A stretch of DNA of 62,041 bases, counting the filler. It is 6 parts of 6 records of this genome, joined end to end, with 100 filler letters (N's around TTAATTAATTAA, not from the genome) between each part and the next. Parts side by side here need not be neighbours in the genome. Positions count along the whole stretch, not along the records: positions 1 to 6,766 come from DRR723986_2426; positions 6,867 to 15,448 come from DRR723986_2428; 4 more parts are not named here. The stretch is one strand, 5' to 3'. Shown here one piece after another: positions 1 through 10,367 of the stretch. The notes under the pieces were generated by a model. That model did no database searches. It was not told where the DNA came from and worked only from the letters and a program-made list of their open reading frames with translations. The first letter of the stretch is position 1; the number at the start of each line of letters is the position of its first letter. Both the position numbers and the translations under genes were made by a program.

Positions 1-25
1 GCTCACAGCCCTTAGGGCTGTGAGC
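1..25. repeat. Terminal hairpin GCTCACAGCCC-TTA-GGGCTGTGAGC at contig start
   Basis: Perfect 11-bp inverted repeat with 3-nt loop; the same CAGCCCTTAGGGCTG core recurs at 41746-41760. Confidence 0.9.
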
Positions 26-246
26 TGGTGGTTTTGGCATTGAGAAATGAAAATTTTGAACTCCCAATCCATCCAGCAGCAAGATGTTATTATGCAATTT
101 TCGGCAATCATGAGATGTTTTCTATCGATGGACTTTCTGTCTTTTGCGCCGTATTTCTTATACTACAAACAACTAACAGGAACATTTGAAAGTGAAGCTG
201 AAAACTCTTTCTGTTCCGCCAACTCAATACTTCCGGAGCTTTTGTC

Positions 247-669
247 ATGCAGTGCATTACATATGAAGGTGGTTATAAATATCAGCTTAAAGTCGAATAC
301 CATTGTGAAACAGGAATCTTTCCCGACAATTTGGCCGGGACCGACTACGTTAAACTCGCAACAGACGGAAAGTTGACGATTAAAAAGGGGTACGCCTGGG
401 ATGGCCCCTCCGGCCCGACAATCGACACCAAGACATTTATGCGAGCTTCACTGGTGCACGACGCCTTGTATCAACTGATGCGCCACGGAGAACTCTCTAC
501 CGAGAAATACCGAGACTCCGCAGACCGCTTACTGCAGAAGATGTGCCGAAAAGACGGGATGTTTATACTTCGGGCCTGGGTTGCATACACTGCGCTTAAG
601 CACTTTGGTGATCCTTCGACCGATCCAAGTTCTAAACGGGAGTTAAAATATGCGCCACGAAAGTGCTGA
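247..669 (+). CDS. DUF1353-like protein
   Basis: 140 aa with GYAWDGPSGPTIDT and SLVHDALYQ...ADRL motifs typical of DUF1353 (HD-x-LY) proteins. Confidence 0.7.
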   Translation: MQCITYEGGYKYQLKVEYHCETGIFPDNLAGTDYVKLATDGKLTIKKGYAWDGPSGPTIDTKTFMRASLVHDALYQLMRHGELSTEKYRDSADRLLQKMCRKDGMFILRAWVAYTALKHFGDPSTDPSSKRELKYAPRKC

Positions 670-1528
670 CACCAACAACTCCTAGAATATTGCCAGATAT
701 TAAACTTTTGAGACCAGCGCCATCAGCTTATCTTTAGCGTCCCGGGTGACATACTTTTCCTGCAATTGACGCTGACCTGATTTTGGATTTGGGTACAAAA
801 ACTAACAAGAAGAAAAAACAAGCCCCAATGCGAATGCAGGGCGAAGTGCTCAAACAAACGAGCCCAAAGTGTTAACGCGGGCGAAGTGATCTTCAATTGG
901 GCTCTATCGATTTGAACCGGAGAATAACACAGAGTCCAAAAACTCCAGTCCTGGTCAACAAATGTATTGGCAGATTGTGACGATATGCAAGAAATTGCAG
1001 CGCCGCATCTTGAGCAACGAAACTGCGTTAGCGGCTTGTATTTTGAGGTTTTTCTTGGTCAATTCGCAGATGTTCAGGCACTACAGTTGATACGCGCCAG
1101 TCCAAAACAATACATTGCGACCGGCATACTACAGTGCTGCCACCGGTTGCATATTGCAGCAGCCATTCTTGTATTCCGTGATTCGGTTTTGACTTTGATG
1201 TAAGAATTTGTCAATCCTGATTGGCGTCCGGGGCTCCCAAGAACGGGGGATTTTTTGGCAAGGCAGTAAAATCACGACTACACCTGAAAAAATCCCACGC
1301 GTTGGTATCACTTGTTTTGTGTAGATTATTCACTTGTTCACAGGCATTCATAACATAGCGCTCAAGGTAATTGTTTGCAAATTCGAAAAAGGCACAGTAT
1401 TTTTTGGCAATTGCACTTAAAATCTACAGCGACATAAATAAATTAGCTGCTGAGCACACACACTTGGCATTACAAATGCCGGCCTGCGAAGCAACTGTCA
1501 GAACAAAGTTGAGCCTTTGTTACTCATC

Positions 1529-1567
1529 GTTACTGTGATTGGTTACTGTGATTGGTTATTGTGTTTG
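1529..1567. repeat. 13-bp tandem repeat x3 (GTTACTGTGATTG)
   Basis: Two exact copies (1529-1541, 1542-1554) and one degenerate copy GTTATTGTGTTTG (1555-1567). Confidence 0.85.
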
Positions 1568-1809
1568 GGACGACCATGGCGCGTGTTCTGTGCTACCCAC
1601 AAACATGCCGCCCGACTGTTAATCGACAACGACCGAAGCTCGACGAAGCTTCCGGCTCACGAACGTCATTGAACAGCTCACTTAACATAAGAATACACGT
1701 GTAGCCTCGCTACCGGTTGGAATAGCCTGAACCCAAAGTTCCGGCAGGTAAAAACTAAACCCCAGTCTTCGCACAGCACCGGAAAAAAATACTTCCGTAT
1801 GCGACGGTT

Positions 1810-1836
1810 GTAGATGAGCCCTGTGGCTTATCCTAC
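1810..1836. repeat. Imperfect GTAG-bounded hairpin, REP-like
   Basis: GTAGATGAGCC-CTGT-GGCTTATCCTAC; single copy in the window. Confidence 0.35.
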
Positions 1837-1921
1837 CCCCTACAGCCTGAGCTGATTCGCAGTTAAGACCGACCGCCAGACTAATTACTTCCCCTACTCA
1901 CACAAAAACACCAGCCCAATC

Positions 1922-4900
1922 ATGAATATCTACTATGCCAGTATAATATGTTGCCTGCTCTGGTTTGTGTTAAAATACTTTGCATTTCTGTTTTCAACAC
2001 AAAAAACCACACACAAAGACTTGCGCAGCAAAATCAAGTCTTTTGCAAGGGTTGACGTCCTATCGTATCTGTCGCGGTTTTTCATGGTCGGGACAATATC
2101 CTTCGTTGTTATGATAGCTCTGGTTTGGGCAATAAAACTGTTTAGTGGGGCACGTGCCGGCGCGGATTACGAAAGCTCGATTCAATTGCTGTCAAACGTT
2201 GCATCATTCTCGAGTTCATTCAACGGTACATGGACATATGTTGTTCTCATATCCCTTGGCTTCATTTTAATAACACTGTTAATCGGTGCACATAGAGAGA
2301 GAGTTCGACAAAATTATGAAGTCATTCTGGAAGACTTAAAGGAAGGCAAGCTCAAACCCCTGGCCCCCGACAAAGAAAGCGCCGTCCTTTTTTCTGAATT
2401 AGACCAACTACAACAAGAATTGAATGATCTGGTCCAAGCGCTGGACGGAAATGAAGATGCTGATGCAAAAACGCGGAGCGAGATTGATAGAGTAGAGACT
2501 CGCATGGAAGAAGTCTACCTGCAGTACCTGCTTCTGGAGACGGACCGAAGAATGGATGAGGTGTACAAGGCTCCTCCGCAAGACCGCAAAGAAGTTTTTG
2601 CGCGCTTTTTTACTGGGGAAGGAGCATTAAGAACATTTAAAGCCGTATCAAAACAAAGTTCAAACCTGGCCACGGTGCTTCTATTTTTATCGCTGCTCTC
2701 GGTGCAAATCGGTGAGAGTTCAGTGTTAATCAAACAACACATTCCGCAAGTTCAGGAAATCCACTTAAACTTTCAGATTGGTAAAATTGAAGAAGGCTTG
2801 GGACAAATGCACGCGCTTAGTCCCAATGAGCAACTCCAGCAGTTGAAGGCTGAAGACGAACAACTCATAGACGAACTGGCTAGAGCATTTGAGCTGGCCT
2901 TAGCTGGTGCATTTGATACAACGACAACAGTAAGAAGTGCTCAAACCGTCGCTCAACTTGCAAACTTTCGCTCTTCGATGGTACGAGAGCGGGTTGTATC
3001 CAGGTACTCAAACAAACTCAATACCCTCAAACCCGGAAACTCTTACACTCCCCACCATGTATTTGATCGCAACTCGGCCGGCGCGCATGCAAATAAATCA
3101 GGCGAATTTGCCACAAATTATCACAAGTACACACAGTCTACGAAGCCAGTCACGCAGAGCGGAAAGGAATTCCGCACTTTTCTGCAGCAGGAAATTCTGA
3201 AAGGCAAGTCTCGAAGTTGGAACACAATCAAAGCCGACTTGAAGGACTTTACGAGTTCGTTTGGAAGGCGTGCAAGGCCGAAGGATGTTTTGCTAATGTT
3301 GCTGTCCGAATCAGCCGGTGAACTACAAGGCAGAACTCTTGGAAAATCTACAAACCTGGGGAAGGATCTTGCTGGTAAGCTGCTTAAGGAGACAACGACC
3401 GAAATTGTTAAGTCAACGTATGAGCTCAAAACCAAACAATTCACAAGGGACTTATTATCAGGCAAAGACTTCAACGCTGCTGCTGCTGATGCGAGTTTAA
3501 GTACTAAAGTTCCAGCAAGTCCGCTTGCTGATTATGTTAATAACATAAAAATGAGTTCAGAGGCTGGGCCGGTTAATTTTGAGGCAATTTCCCAAAGGGC
3601 TCAAAGCCGGCCACCTTCGCTGGACTATTATTATCGCAGCCATGCAGACATGACAAATGCGCAGACATCTATGAAGAAGCTGCACGGTACCGCCGCAATC
3701 AAACATGCACCTTTTGCAAGAACGGAAGCGCTGGCAACGTTCGCAGACTATTTTCCACATCAGGTTGGCGCCGAAACGCGTACACCACGTGGGCAGCTCC
3801 TAAGCTCAATCGACAATGCTCAATTTCCACTTGTTAATTATGCTGACCTTCAAACAAGCACGCCCAGAATCAACGGTGGTGCTTTAAATGCTGCGCAACG
3901 AGCAATTTCACGGTCCAGATCATTTTCCAAACTACGAAGATTCCGCAGAATTGGAGGTGTCCTGATTGGAGTCGGCCCGACAAAGTTGCCCGACAAAGCG
4001 CTGAATTATACAAATTTGAAGTGGAAGCGCATTGGCAATAGAGTTCAAATTTATCTGATAGACAAGGACTTGAATCAACGATACATTGGTTCATTTTCGC
4101 AGTCGTCCGTGTACCAGGCGATTGCTTATGCTGCAGATGGAAGGCAAACAACAGTGACAATGACGAAGGCTAACCCTTTCCCTTATTTAAGCATCATGCT
4201 GCACCCAAGCCTTGTGAATACACCACTAGGTTGCCATGCGATAACCCTCGACCGCTTTGTTGACACGTTTGCTTCAAATAACACCCTAGTCCGCAAGCAA
4301 TTAAACTCCGCAGACTTGCAACACAAAATTTATTCGATTGCCGTTTATCATGCCACACTCAGCAATCTACAGTTATCAGCATATGAAGAGCAGTATTTAA
4401 CAGAACAATTGAAGAGCGAGATCGATTATCTGAAATACTACTATTACTGGAGTGATGTTAGGCGAATCTTGCAGTACGGTAAAATCTTTCTTGATAAAAA
4501 ACGCTCCCCCCTCGCAGAAAACACTGAAAACTACAACCCAACATTTGTCGAGTCAATTTGTAACTGCATCGAAAATTCAGATGAATCTTATGAGTCATTT
4601 TTACGCTGCACTGCAAATCAAAATCTACCAGTAAAAACTCCTGAAGAAATTATAAGGTCTAGTCCTGAGATTTGGTCCGGCGTGCGCGAACTATCATATG
4701 AAATTGACGAGAGTCTGTCTTTTTTGCATGCCGACTCGAATCCGACCTGGCCATTCAATTTTGTTGAACAAGTTGTATACGGCCCAGGGCCATTCGGCGA
4801 ACAAGCAGATGAGTCCACAGAACTTCCCTGGGAGTTTCCCATACTGAAGGAACGAGGAATCGTCAATTCTTTGGTCTTGGAGGGCGTTAGAACCAGCGCG

Positions 4901-5245
4901 CAATACAGATTGGTATTCAAAGAGATGCGAGAATTCGCCATTCTTCAGCGTCTGTTTAGAGCGATTTTCGCCGGCCACCTGGGCACGGACTTCGAAACTG
5001 AACAAATCCTGGATTTGATGGCGGACACCGAAAATTCTATGACTGTGGTTGATACTCCCACCTGGAACGTTCCGCGATTTGATCCCGGATACTCCGTAAC
5101 ACTAGAAGAATATCAACAATATCTACTTGCCGATGAATTGCAGAAGGTTGGGTCTGATTGGGGAATTGATCAGAAAAATGAATACAAACTGTTGAGACAG
5201 GCACTAGGAGTTGGGCACAAAGCCAATCTGATTCCTTGCAATTGA
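1922..5245 (+). CDS. Large hypothetical membrane-anchored protein (1107 aa)
   Basis: Long ORF; about 3 N-terminal hydrophobic segments, a coiled-coil-like stretch (~150-205), another hydrophobic segment (~250), then a large soluble region; no family recognised. Confidence 0.85.
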   Translation: MNIYYASIICCLLWFVLKYFAFLFSTQKTTHKDLRSKIKSFARVDVLSYLSRFFMVGTISFVVMIALVWAIKLFSGARAGADYESSIQLLSNVASFSSSFNGTWTYVVLISLGFILITLLIGAHRERVRQNYEVILEDLKEGKLKPLAPDKESAVLFSELDQLQQELNDLVQALDGNEDADAKTRSEIDRVETRMEEVYLQYLLLETDRRMDEVYKAPPQDRKEVFARFFTGEGALRTFKAVSKQSSNLATVLLFLSLLSVQIGESSVLIKQHIPQVQEIHLNFQIGKIEEGLGQMHALSPNEQLQQLKAEDEQLIDELARAFELALAGAFDTTTTVRSAQTVAQLANFRSSMVRERVVSRYSNKLNTLKPGNSYTPHHVFDRNSAGAHANKSGEFATNYHKYTQSTKPVTQSGKEFRTFLQQEILKGKSRSWNTIKADLKDFTSSFGRRARPKDVLLMLLSESAGELQGRTLGKSTNLGKDLAGKLLKETTTEIVKSTYELKTKQFTRDLLSGKDFNAAAADASLSTKVPASPLADYVNNIKMSSEAGPVNFEAISQRAQSRPPSLDYYYRSHADMTNAQTSMKKLHGTAAIKHAPFARTEALATFADYFPHQVGAETRTPRGQLLSSIDNAQFPLVNYADLQTSTPRINGGALNAAQRAISRSRSFSKLRRFRRIGGVLIGVGPTKLPDKALNYTNLKWKRIGNRVQIYLIDKDLNQRYIGSFSQSSVYQAIAYAADGRQTTVTMTKANPFPYLSIMLHPSLVNTPLGCHAITLDRFVDTFASNNTLVRKQLNSADLQHKIYSIAVYHATLSNLQLSAYEEQYLTEQLKSEIDYLKYYYYWSDVRRILQYGKIFLDKKRSPLAENTENYNPTFVESICNCIENSDESYESFLRCTANQNLPVKTPEEIIRSSPEIWSGVRELSYEIDESLSFLHADSNPTWPFNFVEQVVYGPGPFGEQADESTELPWEFPILKERGIVNSLVLEGVRTSAQYRLVFKEMREFAILQRLFRAIFAGHLGTDFETEQILDLMADTENSMTVVDTPTWNVPRFDPGYSVTLEEYQQYLLADELQKVGSDWGIDQKNEYKLLRQALGVGHKANLIPCN

Positions 5246-5310
5246 GGATTGCCATAACGGGCTCCCCCACACAATACAACATTTGACGCGCTAATCCGCC
5301 TCCCCACTTT

Positions 5311-6525
5311 ATGATGATCTACGACCTCATAGTCATCGGTGGCGGGGCCGCCGGCTTTTTTACAGCGATTAACTACGCTGTGCGCCGGCCGGATCATCGC
5401 GTCGTAATCCTGGAAAAGTCACCAAAAACGCTCAGTAAACTGAAAGTCTCAGGTGGTGGACGTTGTAATGTCACACATGCCTGTTTTGATCCCGCTGAAC
5501 TCGTCAAATATTACCCCAGAGGCAACAAGGCGCTGCGTAGCGTTTTTCACCAGTTTCAGCCGGGAGACACAATTTCGTGGTTTTATGACAGAGGCGTGGA
5601 GCTTAAGACCGAAGCCGATAATCGCATGTTCCCCATTACAGATCAGTCACAAACCATAATTGATTGTTTTTGGGGTGAAGTGCAGAAACATGGAATTGAA
5701 GTTAAGACGCGTAGCGGTGTGCAGTCGATTGCACACGATACACAAAACAAAATGTGGAATGTAAAAACTAAGGACGGACTCTACCAGGCTGCAGCTGTGA
5801 TGATCGCCGGTGGCAGCAGTCAACAAGTTTGGGACATGCTGGGAAATTTAGGGCACAAAATTGCCGCGCCGGTGCCTTCCCTGTTTACTTTCCGCATTAA
5901 AGACGCGCGTTTGGAAGGACTTAGTGGTGTCTCACTTAACAATGCAGAAGTCTGGGTAGAGGGCACACGTCTAAAAGAAAGTGGGCCATTGTTGATTACA
6001 CATAAAGGTCTGAGTGCGCCCGCAATTCTTAAGATTTCGGCCTGGGGCGCGCGTGAATTACACGAACTGAATTATCAGTTTAAGCTCAGAGTCAACTGGC
6101 TGGCGGCTTATAGCCTGGAAGAAATCAAAGCCGAACTCCTGAGATATAAACAAGAGAGCCCCAGGAAACTGGTTCACAAGACCAGAGACTTCGATATTCC
6201 CAAACGACTGTGGGAACAGCTCTGTGCACACCTTGTTGATGCCAAAAAGAATTGGGCGGATCTCAACAAAAAAGAACTTCAACAGCTGGCCGAAGAGTTG
6301 TGCGCCTGCCGCTTTGATGTTCTTGGTAAAAATACCTTCAAAGAAGAGTTCGTAACCTGCGGCGGCGTTGAGCTTAAAGAAGTCGATTTTAAAACCATGC
6401 AGAGCAAACTCCTACCGGGGCTCTATTTTGGCGGCGAAGTCCTAAACATTGATGCCCTGACCGGCGGATTTAATTTCCAGGCCGCCTGGAGCACATCGTG
6501 GATAGCTGCCCAAAACATTAAATAG
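5311..6525 (+). CDS. HI0933/YhiN (BaiN-like) NAD(P)/FAD-dependent oxidoreductase
   Basis: GGGAAG, SGGGRCNVT, VTCGGV and LTGGFNFQAAW motifs. Confidence 0.92.
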   Translation: MMIYDLIVIGGGAAGFFTAINYAVRRPDHRVVILEKSPKTLSKLKVSGGGRCNVTHACFDPAELVKYYPRGNKALRSVFHQFQPGDTISWFYDRGVELKTEADNRMFPITDQSQTIIDCFWGEVQKHGIEVKTRSGVQSIAHDTQNKMWNVKTKDGLYQAAAVMIAGGSSQQVWDMLGNLGHKIAAPVPSLFTFRIKDARLEGLSGVSLNNAEVWVEGTRLKESGPLLITHKGLSAPAILKISAWGARELHELNYQFKLRVNWLAAYSLEEIKAELLRYKQESPRKLVHKTRDFDIPKRLWEQLCAHLVDAKKNWADLNKKELQQLAEELCACRFDVLGKNTFKEEFVTCGGVELKEVDFKTMQSKLLPGLYFGGEVLNIDALTGGFNFQAAWSTSWIAAQNIK

Positions 6526-6766
6526 TCACGCCTTGCCGAAAGTTGTGTGACTCTTGAACCCGCCATCAGGTCAGAAAGCTTGGTTAGTGTATAAGGCGGT
6601 TAATTGAGTCTTCGACACCTGGTCAGAATTCTGTCGCTTGAGTATGCGACGTACTTTTCCGTAGGCGAACTGTGAGACTTGTTTAGTCGGCAAGAGGCGC
6701 AACTGATTTGTTAAAATTTGTCCCGCTGAATCTTTATGCATTGCATTGAATTCGTGAAAGATTGCA

Positions 6767-6866
6767 NNNNNNNNNNNNNNNNNNNNNNNNNNNNNNNNNN
6801 NNNNNNNNNNTTAATTAATTAANNNNNNNNNNNNNNNNNNNNNNNNNNNNNNNNNNNNNNNNNNNN
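6767..6866. other. Artificial contig spacer
   Basis: N44-TTAATTAATTAA-N44 (stops in all frames). Confidence 0.99.
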
Positions 6867-8138
6867 CATGCCGTTCATCGCCGCGGCCATGCCATGTTCG
6901 CGAATGCCCCAATAGATGTAGCGGCCCTTGCGATTTTCGATATCGAACATGCCCAGATCGCCGGTTTTGGTGTTGTTCGAGCCGGTCAAATCGGCCGAGC
7001 CCCCCACCGTTTCAGCCATGATCGGGTTGACCACCTCTAGCACCATTTCGCTAGATTTGCGTGTGGCCACCTTTGGGGTGCTTTCGCTGACCTGCTTTTT
7101 CAGGGCGCGGATGGTGCTGGCCAGTTTTTTGGGCGCCTCCAGCGCGTAGCGGCGTTCGAATTCGCTACGTTTGCCGGCGGGCAGGGCGGCCAGGCGCGCG
7201 GCCCATTCGGCATGCGCCGCGGCGCCGCGGGCGCCGATCGCCTCCCACTGGGCTTTTACATCTGCGGGCACATCAAAGGCGCCGCCGGGCCAGCCATAGG
7301 CGGCTTTGGCCGCGGCCAGCTGCGCGGCATCGGTCAGCGCGCCATGGCCCTTTGAGGTGTCTTGGGCGGCATGGCCCAATGCAATGTGGGTTTTGCACGC
7401 AATCATCGAAGGTTTCTTGCTGGCTTTGGCGGCCGTCAGGGCCGCATCAATGGCCGCCGGGTCGTGGCCGTCGATTTCCTGCACATGCCAGCCACTGGCC
7501 TTAAAGCGCGCCACCTGATCGGTGCGATCAGACAGCTCGACCGTGCCATCGATGGTGATGTTGTTATTATCCCACAGCACGATCAGCCGGCCCAGCTGGT
7601 GGCGCCCGGCCAGGCCGATGGCCTCTTGGCTGACGCCCTCCATCAGGCAGCCATCACCGGCGATGACATAGGTGTGGTGATCCACGATCTTGCGGCCAAA
7701 CTGGGCGCGCTGAATTTCCTCGGCCATGGCAAACCCCACGGCGGTGGCAATCCCTTGGCCCAAGGGGCCGGTGGTGGTTTCGATGCCCGCGGCATGGCCA
7801 TATTCGGGGTGGCCTGCGGTTTTTGCGCCCCATTGGCGGAAGGCGCGCAGCTGATCCAGCGTAATGTCGGGGTTGCCGGTGAGATACAGCAGCGAATAAA
7901 GCAGCATCGATCCGTGGCCCGCCGACAGGATAAAGCGGTCGCGATCGGGCCAATGGGGCGCTTTGGCATCGAATTTCAGGTGCTTTTCAAACAGCACGGT
8001 GGCTGCGTCGGCCATACCCATGGGCATGCCGGAATGGCCCGAATTGGCGGCTGCCACCGCATCAAGGGTTAGGGCGCGAATGGCAGTGGCGCGCATCCAA
8101 TGGTCGGGGTTGGCTGAACGCAGGGCAGAAATATCCAC
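6867..8138 (-). CDS. tkt: Transketolase (3' end cut by contig end)
   Basis: [34 protein letters not shown] (ThDP motif), GIREHGM; probable GTG start at 8138 with AGGA upstream. Confidence 0.96.
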
Positions 8139-8349
8139 GAGAGCAATCCTCTGGCTAGGCTTGTTGTTGGCCAGCCTCATACCACCCCCCGCCCATAGTT
8201 CAAGCAAAGCCTGCAAGTCTTTGGGCGCAAAGGGGGCGCATTTTCGCTATTCGTTGTCTAAACTGGCGCAAACGACAGGGCGGTGCGATTCGCATCTGTC
8301 GGGTAAAGACGGCCACAGGTGCAAAGCCATTGGGCAAAAGTGAGGGTAA

Positions 8350-8925
8350 ATGAGCGAAATCGCAGAGCTTGAACGCCGTATGACGGCGGCCATGGATCGC
8401 ATTGCGCAGGCTTTGGATGGGTTGGGCGCGCAGCCCATGCCAGACAGCACTGCCGCAGATGACGGGGCCAAAGAGACGGGTGATGATGGCGCAGAGCTGG
8501 CCAAGCTGCGCCAGGCGCTGGATGATGAAAAACTGGTGACAGCCCAGTTGGAAGAACGGATCAAAGTGCTGAAAGCGCGGCTAGAGGCGGCTGAAACTGC
8601 GCCCGCGCCCGCAGCGGTGCCCGATATGGCGCAGATGCAGGCACAGCTGGATGCGGCAACAGCCACAGCCGCCAGCCTGGATGAGCAGGTGCAAGGCCTG
8701 CGCGCGGCTGGCGTGCAGATGCAATCGGCCATGCAGGCGCTGCGCGACGCCGCAATGGCCGGCGTTGTGGCGCCCGAGCTGATCAACGCCGCGCTACAGG
8801 CCGAACTGGACGCCCTGCGCGCCGCCCGCGCCGCCGATATGGCCGAGGCCGATGCCATCATCGCCACGATCGCACCGCTTTTAGCGCCCGAGCAAAACGA
8901 CCAGCCGGAGGAAGCCAATGCCTGA
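8350..8925 (+). CDS. Coiled-coil hypothetical protein upstream of zapA
   Basis: Ala/Leu/Glu-rich heptad pattern; overlaps the zapA start; conserved alphaproteobacterial position opposite tkt. Confidence 0.8.
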   Translation: MSEIAELERRMTAAMDRIAQALDGLGAQPMPDSTAADDGAKETGDDGAELAKLRQALDDEKLVTAQLEERIKVLKARLEAAETAPAPAAVPDMAQMQAQLDAATATAASLDEQVQGLRAAGVQMQSAMQALRDAAMAGVVAPELINAALQAELDALRAARAADMAEADAIIATIAPLLAPEQNDQPEEANA

Positions 8926-9298
8926 GGTGGAAATTCGTATCGGCGGACGCAGTTTTGAAGTGTCGTGCCAAGATGGCGAAGAGCAGTATTTGCAGGCCGC
9001 CGCTGGCATGCTGGATGCCGAGGCCAGCGTGCTAAGCAGCCAGATCGGGCGCCTGCCCGAGGCGCGTATGCTGCTGATGGCGGGGCTGATGCTGGCCGAC
9101 CGCACAGCCGGCATGCAAGACAAGCTGGCAACGCTCGAGGCGGAACTGGCGCAGTTGAAATCGGCGCCCGCCCCCGCACCCGAGCGTATCGAGGTGCCAG
9201 TGATGCCCGCGGGTGTGGCAGAAACCCTGGCAGAATTAACCGCCCGGGCCGAGGCCTTGGCCGCGCAACTGGAAGACAAAACAAAAGGCCCCGCATAG
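8918..9298 (+). CDS. zapA: Cell division protein ZapA
   Basis: VEIRIGGRSFEVSC...EEQYLQAAA...RMLLMAGLMLAD pattern. Confidence 0.9.
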   Translation: MPEVEIRIGGRSFEVSCQDGEEQYLQAAAGMLDAEASVLSSQIGRLPEARMLLMAGLMLADRTAGMQDKLATLEAELAQLKSAPAPAPERIEVPVMPAGVAETLAELTARAEALAAQLEDKTKGPA

Positions 9299-9327
9299 TG
9301 CGCGGCCCTGATGGCGTGGCAGCGCGC

Positions 9328-9360
9328 AAAAAAAGCAGCCCCTGGGGAGGCTGTTTTTTT
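9328..9360. terminator. Bidirectional intrinsic terminator between zapA and grxD
   Basis: A7-GCAGCC...GGCTGT-T6 between convergent genes. Confidence 0.8.
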
Positions 9361-9369
9361 ATTGCGATA

Positions 9370-9732
9370 TCAGCCGTTTGCCTCGCGAATTTTATCTGCG
9401 GCCTCTTTCGAATAGGCCACGCCACAGCCATCAAGCAGCGTATCCAGCTCGCCCGACAGGGTCATTTCGGTGACGATATCGCAGCCGCCCACAAACTCGC
9501 CCTTAACATAAAGCTGGGGGATGGTGGGCCAATCTGAAAAGTCTTTGATGCCCTGGCGAATTTCGGCATCATCCAGCACGTTTACATCGGCGTAGTCCAC
9601 GCCCATGTAATTCAAAACACCCGCCACGCGCTGCGAAAAGCCGCATTGGGGCATGGTTTTGGTGCCTTTCATGAAAAGCACAACGTCATTGGCCTTGATC
9701 GTGTCTTCGATGCGTGTCTTTGCGTCGCTCAT
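9370..9732 (-). CDS. grxD: Monothiol glutaredoxin (Grx4 family)
   Basis: MKGT...[19 protein letters not shown] motifs. Confidence 0.97.
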   Translation of the reverse strand: MSDAKTRIEDTIKANDVVLFMKGTKTMPQCGFSQRVAGVLNYMGVDYADVNVLDDAEIRQGIKDFSDWPTIPQLYVKGEFVGGCDIVTEMTLSGELDTLLDGCGVAYSKEAADKIREANG

Positions 9733-9750
9733 GTTTTTTCCCTTTACGGT

Positions 9751-9996
9751 TCAGTCTTTGTGCCCCTTGGGCACGAAAGAACGGGCATAGGCCTGTGGGT
9801 CGCGGGGCACTTTCCAGCTGGTGCTATTGCCCCCCAAACCCGAGCTGTAATTTGAATGCAAAACGTGAAACCCGGTGCCGGGCTGTGAGCCGCGTTTTGC
9901 GTGATGCTCGCCGCGCAGGCGTAAAATGGCAATGGCCACGGTGACAGCGGCGATCAGCGCGATCAAGATCGGGATGCTGAACTGCTGCATGGCCAT
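9751..9996 (-). CDS. Small single-pass membrane protein
   Basis: N-terminal hydrophobic helix, short soluble tail; fills the bolA-grxD gap on the same strand. Confidence 0.65.
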   Translation of the reverse strand: MAMQQFSIPILIALIAAVTVAIAILRLRGEHHAKRGSQPGTGFHVLHSNYSSGLGGNSTSWKVPRDPQAYARSFVPKGHKD

Positions 9997-10000
9997 AACC

Positions 10001-10237
10001 CTAGTCTGGCGCGCGGGTGGTCAGCGCCAGGGCATGTAGCGCGCCATTTGGCCCATCCATCACCCCTTTTAGCGCGGCGTAAACGGCGCGTTGCTGTTGC
10101 ACGCGGTTCATGCTGCGAAAGCTTTCGTCAATCACCATCGCAGACATATGCACGCCATCATTCCCATCCACGGTGATCTGAGCGTTCGGAAATGTCTGGC
10201 GCAGCAGGTCTTCGATTTCGTGGGCATGCATTGGCAT
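10001..10237 (-). CDS. bolA: BolA/IbaG family protein
   Basis: DGVH...F...NRVQQQRAVYAAL...LHALALTT; start MPMHAHE with AGGAG upstream. Confidence 0.92.
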   Translation of the reverse strand: MPMHAHEIEDLLRQTFPNAQITVDGNDGVHMSAMVIDESFRSMNRVQQQRAVYAALKGVMDGPNGALHALALTTRAPD

Positions 10238-10367
10238 TTGCGGCTCCTGTTTTGTGCTCTGGACAAAGATGTAAACCTGCCATGCCTTATGTGCAAGAAG
10301 CAGCAGGCCAGATCGTGGCTGGCCCCGCACCCTGGGATGCGGGGCGCGCGCGCGTGCCCTGGCGCCC

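Noticed and set aside
47-376. 109-aa ORF overlapping the DUF1353-like gene
   Set aside because: No motif, and it overlaps a better-supported ORF in another frame
670-1921. Possible integron attC sites or CRISPR array
   Set aside because: No paired RYYYAAC/GTTRRRY boxes with internal symmetry, no integrase, and no regularly spaced repeat-spacer units
9299-9369. 6S RNA after zapA
   Set aside because: Only about 70 nt available, occupied by a terminator
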